NCBI GenBank assembly: GCA_964035545.1
Contig: OZ037768.1
Span: 12,471,675-12,535,674, forward strand
DNA from: Bugula neritina
Lineage: Eukaryota; Animalia; Bryozoa
Direction: 5' to 3'
DNA: 64,000 nt
Positions 13,409 through 26,260 of this stretch are shown here, piece by piece. Position 1 is the stretch's first letter. The number at the start of each line of letters is the position of its first letter. The translations under genes were made by a program, and so were the position numbers. Below the pieces are notes generated by a model. The model did not search any database, was not told the origin of the DNA, and saw only the letters and a program-made list of their open reading frames with translations.

Positions 13409-16400
13409 TATGTTGCCGAGCTAGTGAATCTGAAATAGAGGTTGACAGTGAGGAACTATCTATTGATTACAGTGAGATCAGTAGTAGTCAACTACATACA
13501 CCCTCTTCTCTGGACAATGAAGACCCATCTTCAGTAAGCACACACTAAACTTAAAGAGTTAGGAGTAACTGTAGAACTACACTGCAATTACTTTCACTTT
13601 TACATTTAGTTTTAGTTTTCAATTGAGAAGACTTGAAGTTCCTGGTGGACTATTTTGGAAATGGTGCTTTTCTTTTCTGTTTCATCACTACTTTGAGAAA
13701 CCTGTATAGCTATACAAATAATGTTTGTTTATTATGTAACAACAAGAGTTGAAGTAGTGAGTAGTGTAAATAGTGTACTGCTTCTGTTGCAGCATGAATT
13801 TGATGTGAATGCTGAGGCTAGAGATAACTATTCCCTGTTGCATGTAGCAGCAAAACAAGGAATTGAACGAGTTATCACTTCACTTCCAAAGCATTCAAAA
13901 CTATTTGATTCCATGACTAAGGTAACAATTTAGTGTATTCAGTGCCTCCACCTGAGAACAACCGTTGGATGTGTATGTTGATTAGAACTGGTAAAAAGCA
14001 GTCTACCAAAATTTACTTTCAATTGTTGTAGAATTTACTCCTAAATTATTTTGAGTGACATGTAGACACAGTGCATACTGGTGCTTGTAGAATGGATTGA
14101 CGCCTCTCCATGTCAGCATTGAAAACAATCAACAGACAGTAACAAGGATGTTACTCCAAAAAGGCGCAAAGCCTGAACTCAAAAATGATGATGGACATAC
14201 AGCTCTGCACCTAGCTGCTCAGCATGGTCAAGCTGCAATAGTTTTACTTCTGCTGGAGAAATATGGTGTCTCCCCTGACAGCAGGGCTAAGGTGAGAGTT
14301 ATTCTGCTAAACTTGAGATAGCTCAGCAAAATTATGAACATTTTGGAGTCTGTTTGATCAATGTATGTTAGCTTCATTTTTTATGATTGAAAATTACCTA
14401 CATTGTAAATGGCCATGTTAATGTTCTGCTTATTGTTGAACTACATAACCTATAAAAAGAATTGTTATATTTTCTCGGATCTAGAAACCCTCATCATAAT
14501 GTTAGTAAGAGTGCTTACATCTTGTTAATTATATTCTTTATTCTAATCTCTGATGAGTCATAAAGTCTACTTAATGGTTACTAGTGATTGTGTTTACAGA
14601 ATGGCTACACGCCTCTACATTATGCTGTGGGAAAAGGTGACATGGATACGGTCTGTGCTTTGATAGAGTATGGCGCAAGAGTAAGCGCAGAGTCGGAAAA
14701 TGGGTTCACCCCCCTACACATTGCCGCTATGGATGGACTCAGTGATATTGTATCGATGCTGTTGGAAAATGGTGCTAGTCCCAACTGTTATACCAAAGTA
14801 TGTCTACCTTTTCCGAACAGCTAGCGATGTTACAGTTACTTCTTGTGATCAACTGCCAGTGCGGCAGCATACTATCTCAACATTTGCTGTTCTAAGTTTC
14901 TTTATTCAAACTTCCATTACTTTTTTATTCAGCAGATATCTATTTTATAAGTGATTAATAGTTGATTAGTTTTTATTTATAACTGGTTTAAATCAAGGTC
15001 CTGAATCTGTCAAAGAAGATGATAACTTTTATTTTAAATCAGCTCGTAAGTAGAGAAGCTACAAATCTAAGAAAATCAACTCCAAGTTACTAAAATAATG
15101 TGACAACACAAACTGTGCCCTTAATGTTACAACTGCAACTGTTATACCAACTGATTATTAACATGAACTATGACCCTTATCAAAAGTGGAAAACATAAAA
15201 TTGAAAGCTTTTCTTCTTAAATATTATTTGAGTATTGAATGTTGACTATTTGATTGAGTTGCTACTGCTATGGTATATTTTAGGACGGATTAACCCCAAT
15301 GCACCTGTGCAGGGAGAAAAACGATGCTCTCACAGCAGAGATTCTCTTGAAGTATGGTGCTAGTCTCCCTACAACCTCTAAAGCTGACAGACATAGTGGT
15401 CAGGTAAATATTGTAAAATCTCTGTCAAAACATGAAGCAGAAGTAGACATTGCCCTTACATTATCTGTTATAAAATCATCTACAGTTTGATATTAGAATC
15501 ATAACATTGTAGTGTTCGATATTGCAACTTATATTGGACTAAACATATTTGATTGTGTGTTAATTTTGTGTTCACATTGACTTAGTCTGACATTTAATTT
15601 TGTGTCAGCAAAACATTGCTACAGCATCTTCTGGGCCATTAGTCAATGAGTTAATCAAACCATTTCTAAACTTTGTCTCACAAACTGATTGCACATGTGA
15701 GGAAGCTAGTAATCAATCTGGCTCTGTCTAGGGTTTATCTGGATCACAGTCTATTTCTATGTCATGAGCTAAAAGTGCATCATTTTACTCGTCTTGATAT
15801 AAGCGTTTTCCCAATGCATGTCAGTTCTGTTTTTGGTCATCAAATGTTGATTTATTGAGTCAGCTAACTAGTAAATATAACATCAATGAAATTTACAGAT
15901 GCTGACTGAGATTAGAGATAAAGCTTTAAAGTATTTGGAGTAACTTACTAGAAATTGGTCATGTTTCGCTAAGCATTAAGATATACGAGTCGTTAATTTT
16001 GTGTGAATCAGCAGTGTAACTGCCAAAAGAATGATAAATTTTCAATTATTCTGTTTATTTAAGACCTTCTATAGTTACTGGTTTTTTAGTTAGGCACTCT
16101 TCACTTAATAAATTGGTCACAGCATTATGAATATTGAATTAGTATATTTGGAGTGCATAATTTCATTATTATATATATTATAAACGCCTATTAAAGTGTC
16201 TATCTATGAAAATGTATATTTAGTGTGATAGTACAATAGCAATGCAATAATTTCCTTGTAGGTGTATGGTATGCAGAGCGTTAAGACAAAACCTCGAACA
16301 GGAAAAATCAGGCGGGCTTTACGTAGCATCGCCTCTGCTGGTAAGGATCTGATTATTAACTTACCAATTACTTTGTTTCATACTGGCAATTATTTACAAA

Positions 16401-18397
16401 ATTAAATTGTTAAGAATTTTTCAAATCGAATATTACTAATTTATGGTTTTGCATAATGGTAAAACCCATAGTTAATTTTACTTTATTGTTAGAGGCCTAG
16501 TGAGTTCCAAGCAATAATTTAGCCATCAATGTATGTAAATATATATCAGTTCTTTACGAACACGCAGCGACTCACACGCAAGCACATACAAACACGCACA
16601 CACCCACAAACACCCACACACACCCATACTAGTAGTTTATTCTATTCCTTTTAGGCCTCAAATGCAAGAGTGTTTTTACTCTGAAAAAGAGAAAAACTTG
16701 TAAGAGGGCCCACAGCACACTTTATTCTCAGGAGGATTTACACTCTGACAATTCAATGAAAAGTAAAAACCCTGGAGTCACTCAGTACGTTTAGTATATA
16801 ATGTACCCAACTATATGTGAACCAAATTGATCTATTTTTTCTATATCTCACATAGACAAGAAATGCAATGAGCATGTTTCTCGTTCTTTGGCTGTAAGTA
16901 GTTCAAAATCGGTTTATGAAAGACATTTTGTAAATTTGTTATATAAAATCAGTTTTTTTCTTTATTTGTAGTGAGAAGCTCAAATTGAAAAGGTAATGAT
17001 AACTAACTTGGAAGAATTGTTGCAGTTAAAACTGTTGCTAAACATTACTCAGTTCTATTGGGTTTGTTTTAATAATTACAGTAGAAGCTTTTCTATATAT
17101 AAGAAAACTGCTACTGCAATAACAACACACGCCCACACACACACACACACACACACAAACACGCACACATGCACACATAAATTAACTACCAGCTACTTCA
17201 TTATCAACTGCGTTGACATGGTATATGCATCTCACTTTAGATTCCGTATCAGTTTCCTGGTGGATGCCAGAGGAGGAGTCTTCCAGGGATGCCGGGAGAA
17301 AGTCCGTTTTACCATCCCACCTGGTGTGGCAACCGAACCAATGAGAATTGTGTGCCGTCTCCTTGAGAAAGGAGTGATGCCCTCTCTCCAGTACGATGAA
17401 TTACTCATCTTCCCCATTCTCTCTCTAGAGCCTGCTTGTGCTGCCTTTATTGGGTAATTTTTATTCACACACTTGTCATTGAGTTTAGTGGGAGAAACTG
17501 AAAATCTTTATATCATTTTTATTACTTTTTCATGTTTTCATTAAACCTGATTACACCTTTATTCAAACACAGTGCATGTAAAAAGTATAACTGTTTTCTA
17601 AAATTGGCACCTGTGTTTTTTCTTTTCAGCCCTGTCATAATAGATGTTGCTGCTAGTCAAGATGAACAGGAAACCATTGTCATTGCAAGTGATGATGGTG
17701 TAACATGGCAGGAACATAAGCAGACAGTGAATGACAGCCTTTGTGGTATGTAGTATTAAATAGTAAATTTGTTATCAATTTTATCTTTTGCCAATTTTGA
17801 GCTGTCAACACCCTAAGATTCATCAGTATTGAAAAGCTGTTATTTTCACAAGCAGTGTAAAGTTACCAGGTTTAGAAACAGGTTATTATAGCATGTCACA
17901 TGCTGGTATTTATACAAATTTATACAAACTGTCTAGCATATCTCCAGACTTTAATACCTTCAGAAGTGTATAAACAATCTAAACTGTTCATTGCCTTGAA
18001 GTACTTCCTTCTTCTAGTTAATGCAGCTGGCTATGGGTATAGCCACTATATTCATTGAGCAGTCTTTTTTAAGAACATCTCTGATATCTTCTGAAGCTAA
18101 TAGTAACATGCAATATGATCAGAAATGGGAAACTAGCTTCTGCTTACACTTCAAATAGTAGCATTATTGATATATTGTCCCTCTTTATATAAAAATATTA
18201 GGATTGTAGACTTGTATCAAAGCATAGCAAGAAAACTTTAATACATAACTAATCTGATATATGTTATGTGCTCTTTAGACGTTGAGACTTTGGACAGAAT
18301 AGTAGAAAAGAATATGACGAGAATTGTTACAGCGAGGCTGCGCCGATATTTTGCTTTCGTCTCAAAGGCGAAAAGGGAAAATATTTCTGACTTCTGA
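13409..18397 (+). CDS. Spliced ankyrin-repeat + single ZU5 domain protein (truncated-ankyrin architecture), copy 1; start codon not located
   Basis: Phase-compatible GT-AG exons: 13409-13533 (acidic/Ser-rich), ~13745-13921, 14091-14291 (NGLTPLH..DGHTALHLAA), 14600-14797 (NGYTPLH..NGFTPLH), 15284-15400, 16262-16340, 16655-16784, micro-exons near 16860-16893 and 16972-16992, 17240-17453 (ISFLVDARGG..IPPG..RIVCRL), 17630-17745 (SDDGVTWQEH), 18279-18397 (RIVT..RYFAFVSK, stop). The last three match the first ZU5 domain of ankyrins. Confidence 0.8.
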
Positions 18398-19849
18398 AGT
18401 TTTAAAAGTATTATGTGAAGATTATATAGAAAACTATATAAAAGACATTATTATCATTAACTGCTATATATGAATATTTATTATGTTGCATTGAAAAAGA
18501 ATAAGTTCTTTGCTCTCAAGCTACTTTTGTGATTTAAAATGAAGTGTGCTTTATTCAATGCTTTGGGCCTCGATACTTTATCCGGTCATCAAGTTGTTTT
18601 TTTTATTCTTATTCTCCAACATAAAGGGGAACTTCAAAACATATTTGACTACGAATTTAGCATCAAACAAACTAAAATCTTTGGTTTTGATACTAATTTC
18701 AAGTGTTTTACCAATGTTTACTTCTAAATACTTGTTGAGGGTATACTGCTTGCTGTAATATCTCACCTATATTCACCTATATTTGTCTATTTAAAGCACT
18801 TTTGTGTAATTATATACATTTTCTTGCGTAATCACACATAATCACATATGTATAATATAGAGCAGCAATAGTGTGTAATAGTCTGTGCAATATATCGGAG
18901 GGTAAAATTATTTTCCTCATTCAATACACACATATAAAGTGTACACCAAAACATACTTTGTTGTTGATTAAGTATTCCACATAAATCCCTGGTGCATGTA
19001 ATGTTGATAAGCATAGTCAACCACACTGATTATACATTTTACCACAAGTTAGTGAGGGATGAAAACAAATATTATAAAAACTTGCCAACCAGCCACAACG
19101 GTCATAGGGGTACAAAAGCCGTCCAAATTGTGAGAGAACTCATTGACTTAGAGTTGTGATTTTTTTCATAAAAAGGTATTGACTTAATTATTCAGCCTTT
19201 GTAGTTTCAACACTTGCAGAACATACATGTTGAAAAGGCGAGTGAAAAACTGTTTTTACCTACTTTTTGCAATTTTTTTTAGATGTAGTTGAAGCTTTAT
19301 AACTGTTTACACTCAAAGGCAACAAGCCTAGATTTTACTGATATTGTTGCCATATCTTGTCTCTACATCGCTTAACAAGTATAACAGCAAACTTTAAAAT
19401 AAATTTTCTTTGAGGCACATTTATTTTCCATTTGGCCACATGAGGCACAATTGCACCCTGATCACTGTTACTAGTTTGTTTGCCCAAAAGGTTCGTTGAA
19501 ATGTTACTAAAGTCTGTAGATATAGCCATTTTAAACCGTACGTTTTGTAAAATATCAAAGACATCATGGTAAGACTGCAAAACTACAAGGTGAAGCTCCT
19601 GTAATATATACATCTGGTGAGGTCAGAGATTTGCCATTTTATGCATAATACAAAACACTCTGCTGTTGCTACTAGTAGATAGTCATGATATTCACTATAT
19701 ATTATATCATTGAAGGAATATACATGTATTTCACTAAAATAAATTGTGGATTGCTCATTTGCTCCCCCCTCTCCCTTCCGTACTCCAGTCACTTAAACCG
19801 AAGCCATGCCCCTTAGCTACAGTTCATAGAAAAAAGTCCATTAGAATTT

Positions 19850-20171
19850 TGTAATATATGTGTAGTGGCCAGCGAAGCGTACTAATCATACACGTGCACC
19901 ATAACCAATCGTGTTGAAGCACGTGACTACTCCCTGCAGAGCAGAACGCTTCCAGACAGTTTTATATAGCTAGTTAGTTCAGAGTAGTACAGGAATAGAG
20001 ATAGTAGGTTAAGTAGACTTGTGAGAGTATTGTGGATGTTCAATGTATTTTTTATGTTTCTTGTATGTATATAGTTAAATATGGTCTTTTATCACGTATC
20101 TTCTGTGATGTTATTGGAACCTTCATCTAAATAGAACACAGTTGCACACAGGATCCACCCTAAATATTATA
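19850..20171 (+). mobile_element. Possible solo LTR
   Basis: TGTAATAT...ATATTATA near-inverted termini, ~320 bp, internal TATATA; TSD only partial (attt/attg). The unit-2 counterpart is interrupted by the hAT-type element. Confidence 0.35.
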
Positions 20172-21151
20172 ATTGGCAAAATTATAACATATGTTACTAA
20201 AGTTTTTTTCTGATGAAATTTCCTCTGAAGTGAAAATGAAAAAACATTTTCAGTTTATAAACAGTAATGATAATGGCACCGTAGAACCGAGTAATGTGCA
20301 TTTGATTTAGCCTTCCTCTGCTATCAGTGGTGGCACAAACTGTAGGTACAGCTAGAACATGAATTTTGCTGTAGATCTGAAAGAATATTTTCATTTATTT
20401 GTAATATTAAATAAATATATATCAGATGGAACAAAATTTGCAAAGTTTCAATATATTTGTTGTGTCCCACCCAGTGGTCAATTGTACCCCGGTACTGGGG
20501 CACAATGGGCCGGTTTTTTTCGTCATGAAAATTTCATTATGAAAGTTGTGAGAGAGATAGAAACAACAAACTGATACCTGTAATAGATAACAGATGCAGC
20601 ATTAAGACTAGAGATTATTGAACTAGTAACTTGGAAATCAGACGAATGAGAGCAAAAAATCCAAAATTCAATGCTTTGTCCCCATATCATAATATTATGT
20701 TGGTGAATAATGTTATGGCCAGCGGAAGTATAACAACCTGTGTCCCCTGCTAAACATGGCGCGATAGTTTATGCCCAGGAAAGACAACTCCAAGTCATGC
20801 CTTCTCCACTCATAGTCATGTCGTTGCTACATGCCACAACCTGCCAATTAATATGGATAATAACAAATAGAATATAGGTCGACCAATCAGAGTTGAGCTC
20901 TTGTATATAACCAACACCTTCCGGCGCCCACGAGGGGAAGTACCACATGGGGCACAAATGAATGCCATAATACAGTTTGACCATAATACATGCAGTTGCT
21001 TGATACCGACACATAAGCGTGGCTCCAAGTAAGCATAGGAACAGGGGGGGGGCATAGCCCAACATGCCTGGAGACTAAGCGTTGCAACAACCTACCCCAG
21101 TGACATTCTGCACTGTTTATTACAACTTCTTATGCTCGTTTCACTATATAT

Positions 21152-21207
<56 letters not shown>

Positions 21208-21210
<3 letters not shown>

Positions 21211-22327
21211 GTACTAATACAATTTTGGATATAAAAATAAACTTAGATCTTCATTCTATTGACTACAATATTGTTTCACGTAGTGCGAGCTACGATCATC
21301 AGGTCGTTGTGTGTACGCTTGAGTGATTTTGTTTTGAAATTAGTATTGTTAGTGTATTACTACGCTGGAATGTTTTAACTAGCGTCTGTTAAGTGCGCAA
21401 GTAAAAATTTGCGTTTATGTCTACACGTGGTGGAAAGCTCTTTTCGTTTGTTGAGGGAAGATAACTCCGGTTGTTTCAAAATTATATACTTCTCATAGTT
21501 GCATAAATTACATCTATTGGTTAGGTTTGAGTATGATTTGCAAATCTTTAAAATATTCCATTTTAAGCTGAATTTCGTTTTGTTGTCTTTTAAATTCCAG
21601 ATGTGTCTGCTGAGTTGCGTGCTGTTAGCTTTATCTGCATGTAGGAAAGAGGCTTTGTGGTTATTGAATCTGGTTTTGAAGGTAGTCGAACAGAGTCCTA
21701 TGTATGAATGGCTGGAATTATTGTCATGTCTTGTTACAGTTGCTTGGTATATTACACCTTTGTATAAGCATTTACCATTTAGTGGACAGTGGGAAGGTTG
21801 TTTGCAGTTACATTGTGTGTCATTTAGTTTAGTAGCGGTAGTAGGGGTGTGTGCGGTTTTAAGTTTGTGATGGTTCGAGCCATCAATAATATTTTTCATG
21901 TTGGGCATGCATGAATAGCTAATTTTTATAGTTTTCCTATTGAAAATTTTACTTAGTTGGTTGGATGGTGGAAAGCATTTGTCGATGATTTGAAGAAATT
22001 TCTTCCCTATTTTGGCTTTTACTGCTGAACTAAAAGGTGGGTTGTACCACAATATGTTTCTATTTCTATTTCTATTATTGTTGTTGGATTTAGGTGTCGG
22101 GTTATATTTTAATTTATAGTCATATCCACTGTTTGATAGTGTTTCTTGGTACGGTTGTATGGTGGTTTTAAACTCTTCTTCATTGGAGGATAGTGAGCTA
22201 AGTCTTCTATTTATATTTTCCGGTATGTTTTTCAATACTGCAGGTGGGTGGTCGCTTTGTTTGTGAACGTAGAGGATAGTGTTTCCAGGTTTTGTATAGG
22301 GTTTATAGGATTGGTTAATCAAGTCAT
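21208..22327 (-). mobile_element. 5'-truncated Penelope-like retroelement (RT thumb, Cys-rich linker, GIY-YIG endonuclease, 3' pLTR region)
   Basis: Open frame ending at 21375 with WYNPPFS, SYSCMPN, CNC..CPLNGKC, GVIYQA...YIGLCSTTFKTRFNNH, RCNLC..EK and LNKRKEL..CRH; (TA)n on both sides. Confidence 0.93.
21261..21305 (-). ncRNA. Minimal hammerhead ribozyme at the Penelope 3' end
   Basis: Minus strand: GAC CUGAUGA U-CGUAG-CUCGCA-CUACG-U GAAA C-AAUAUU-G UA^GUC. Palindromic stem III, GUA triplet, short stem I, U-U at the base of stem II. Confidence 0.7.
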
Positions 22328-23139
22328 ATATATATACATATATATATACATATAGCAGCAAACTTGCATCAATTTTTTACAAAACAAAAATGTTTGCCAC
22401 TGAGTCCTATTATATTATATTGAAGCTAGAGTAATAGTGGATTTAAACAATTACTAAGTTGAATCTAGAATACCATTGTTGTATGACATCATCTTTATTT
22501 GTGTACATTTTTACAGAAAGCATATATTATTGTCATGAAGCTATGTTGAGTGTTGATATACTTATACTGCAAGAATTATATTAGGATTATTCAGAGACTT
22601 TCGGACTTCAATCATCAGTTAGGGTAAGGTTTGCATGAAATAAATACTCAATAAATTAAAAGTAATTCCAGAACGAGTTTTAGTAATTGGGAAATTTGGA
22701 ACATTCACTGAAGAAAACAGAACAACAAATGCAAGTAACATTTTCCAACCTCAATGTGAATGTGAATATAAGTTCAACAAAGTAGATTTACGTGTAACGA
22801 GAGATGTTTGGGGGTAGCAAATCTTTTCTGGAAGAGTATAGTCATTAGAGAGCTGAGTGTTACGAATCTCAGTCTTATACAAACTACCGGCTTGACCATC
22901 ACCAGCCAGCTGGATGGAATGTTTTATATTAATACTAAAGAGAAACTGGTCTTTATATAATAAGTGATAGTACTATATCCATACTGAGATAACAGATAGT
23001 GTATATAATGTAATACAATAACTGCAAGTACTCACATAACTCAACATTATTGCAAGAAACATGATCTATGCTTCAAATTTGTGGGAGCACGGAATCTGGC
23101 CATACAATCTTGGAAAACTTACCAATTTTCTATCTATCT

Positions 23140-23932
23140 TCATGCTAAAAAAACTTAAGATTTCCTTCTGCTTCATATTTTGGAAGAAAATTGATCATAT
23201 TAAGTTGACCACTATGTCTGTCAGCTGAAGAACAACCCGTTCTGGCAGTTGAGGAAAGACTAGCACCATACTTCAACAGGATCTCTGCTATGAGAACATG
23301 GTTTTTCTGCATGCACAGGTGCATTGGGGTTAATCCGTCCTAAAATGTACCATGATGACTTTATAACAGATAATGTAAGGGCTAAATCTCCTTCTGCTTC
23401 ATGTTTTTAAAGAAAGTTGACCTTATTAAGTTGACCACTATGTCTGTCAGCTCTAGAAGTTGTGGAGAGACTAGCACCATACTTCAACAGGATCTCTGCT
23501 ATGAGAGCATGGTTTTTCTGTATGCATAAGTGCATTGGGGTTATTCCATCCTAAAATGTACTATAGCAGTGGTATATTAACCAAACTTCTGCTTTAATTT
23601 TTGACAAAGATTTTACAATATTTACCTGACCACTATGTCTGTCAGCTGAAAAACAACCGGCTCTGGAAGTTGAACAAAGACTAGCACCATACTTTAACAG
23701 GATCTCTTCTACAAGGATGTGATCTTCTTCCATACTTAGATGCATTGGTGTTACTCCATTCTAATGGAGGGCCTGAAAAGTCAAATACTAAACTTATACT
23801 AAGTAATTCCAGAATTTTTGTTTCTATGTAAATTGTCAATGTTGATATTCTTCTGACAATCAGTTGTGCTGTAAACAGCCGGAATGGTCTTTTTCTTTTT
23901 CAGTGTGAAAACACTCTTGTACTTAAAGCCTA
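23140..23932 (-). pseudogene. Three antisense tandem copies of the ankyrin exon xGxTPMHL..EILLKYGASL plus a paralog of the 16655 exon
   Basis: Acceptors ttag/ at ~23760, 23550 and 23339 (~210-bp period). Only the first copy keeps the cag/gtaaat donor; the others run into stops. 23880-23930 matches the KSVFTLKK exon. Confidence 0.75.
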
Positions 23933-25728
23933 GATGAATATATACTCTTTAACTTATATTATTACATTGAAAACATAACATTCTTTTTCATTAGGCTGAT
24001 TGCTAGAACCATTATTCTGACTTAAAACTTTTGATAGATTGACAAATTTTGCATGTCTTTACGTTTGCATTGTCCAAGTTCAACTTCACTTACTTTTGGG
24101 TTTGCTTTGATATGGGAAACACATTTGACTTTGTAGAAATATTTGCAATTTAATGTTGTAAAGCAATTTACTTAGCAGCATTTTAGCAAACAACGATAAT
24201 TTTATTCCTGTTTTTAAGATACAATAGCTAACCTTAGCTATTCTAAGATGATGTTAATTGTCTATTGAAATCACTTGCTGTAAAGTTGTATACATCTGGT
24301 TATCTATTTATTTATACAGCAGCATAGCGTTTCTTTTCCGCTTTACAATATTTATGGATGAACTGTTTTTTGTTGTTCAATAAATAAATGTTCACCAAAT
24401 CAACCTTTCCTGCTCATTGACATTTCTACATAATTGACTTTTGCATGTATTGGTAATGAGTACATGCAGTAAAGCACACTAATTATATTTAATACCAAAC
24501 ACCAGTCATGGATAAGTATGATTATAGAAAATTCTAAAACAGCTATTATAGTGACAAAAATGTCTGAAATTGAAAATGTCAGTCTAATTTCTTAAACAAA
24601 ATCAATAATTGAAAACAAATAGTTAGTGCTTTCTAAACTGATAAAAAATGAATTTTTCAGTTTGTGTAGCAGAGTTATTATAATTATCAAAAGATATCTG
24701 CTTGACAAATCTTGATTTGATAAATTAGTTATTATGATTCTCTAAGTGTGATGGCACCACTCAGTATTTATGTACATAGGTAATTGTGAAGTATTTTTAG
24801 TAGTTATTGCTCCAAGAAATATTATAATTATAAAGTTGTTGTGTTTAATATGTAATGACAATCTATTTAATTACATTATATTCATAGCAATGTAATTATA
24901 ATATTAGCATACAGTGTGCTTAAGCACCTGTTGTAATTACATTGGATTTTAAACCTAAAAACCAGAGTAGCATTTATTAATAACAATAATCTCAATTAAA
25001 TGTAGCTGGAAAATGTCTACTAAAGTTATGCACAACTGATTGTAGCTGCCAGCTGCATTGGAAAGATATGTCCGTTGTACTTAACAGTCTCTATTGAAAC
25101 CTTATAGAGGAGAAATGCAAATCATGTTCATTCTGCCAAAAACAGAAGTTGAACGAAAAAAGGGATCACTGCTACCACCCCCTGTACCAGCATAACTATC
25201 TCACACAATAGGTGTTGATTTGTTTTCTTTGAATGTAAAGAATCTGGTGTTATATTAGTAAATTTACTATTATTGTAATATGCTTTATTGAGCATTAAAC
25301 ATGTGAGAAGAGAAAGAGTGAGTGACAATATGTGTCTAAAATATTGGCTTTTTTCCTATAAAGCCTGTATATATGAAGATACAAGAGTAGAAAATTTGCC
25401 TAAAACTTAATGGTTGGTTGTTTAATGACCTAACAGTGATACAAGGAGTTGCATTATTGTGGATTTGTTGACAGAGGTGTTTAGCGACTATAGAAAGCCT
25501 GAGGTGATATTATCTGATAATCGAGTACGTTCTACTAATATAGTATTTCTAAGAGACATAATATCTCAGTTGAATTAGATTAATACAAGGTAAAAACCTA
25601 TAATATAAATTTGGTAAGCAAAAGGTTGAGTGAAATATAAAGCAAATAGTTAATGCAAGTGCAAATATACATATTTTTTGTATTGATACTATATATGATA
25701 AACTTATAATAATTATATTCATTTTATC

Positions 25729-26260
25729 CACTATAAATTTGTTTCACGTAATGCAAGCTATGCTTATCAGGTCGTTGTGGTGTATGGTTGAGTGATTTTG
25801 TTTTGAAATTTACATTGTTTATGTATTTCTACGCTTGGATGTCTTAACTAGCGTCTGTTAAATGCGCAAGCAAAAATTATGTTTGCACATGCTGGAAAGC
25901 TTTTTTGCGCTTGCTAAGGGAGGATAACTCCGATTGTTTCAAAATTACATATTTCTCATAGCGATGATTGGCTGGAGTCATTGTCATGTCTTGTCACAGT
26001 TGCTTGGTATAAGCATTCACATACAGAAAAAGCCAACATAACTCAGCAAACATATCTGGAATTTAAAAGAAAACAACACAAAATTCAGCCTAAAATAGAA
26101 TATTTTAAAAATTTGCTAATCGTGCTCAAATTTATCCAATAGATGTAACTTATGTAGCTATGAGAAATAATTGATGTATATTCAAAGCAACCGGAGTTAT
26201 CCTCCCTCAACAAACGCAAAGAGCTTTCCAGCACGTGCAAACATAAACGTTAATTTTTGC
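25729..26260. mobile_element. Older Penelope-like 3' remnants in inverted arrangement, with a decayed hammerhead
   Basis: 25729-26010 resembles 21260-21750 with deletions. 26015-26260 is the same endonuclease-end sequence on the opposite strand. The core reads CUGAUAA instead of CUGAUGA. Confidence 0.75.

Noticed and set aside
17240-18397. Autoproteolytic ZU5 as in PIDD
   Set aside because: The HFS motif is absent; the sequence resembles ankyrin ZU5-N instead.
20711-21064. GC-richer block with TGTTATGG...CAACA ends as a solo LTR (copy ~45630-45991)
   Set aside because: Probably a repeat, but there is no matching TSD and the boundaries are ambiguous; its short ORFs have no motifs and are frameshifted between copies.
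23140-23760. CRISPR-like or diversity-generating cassette array
   Set aside because: The repeats are ~210-bp degenerate exon duplicates with splice acceptors, no unique spacers and no associated Cas or DGR-type genes.
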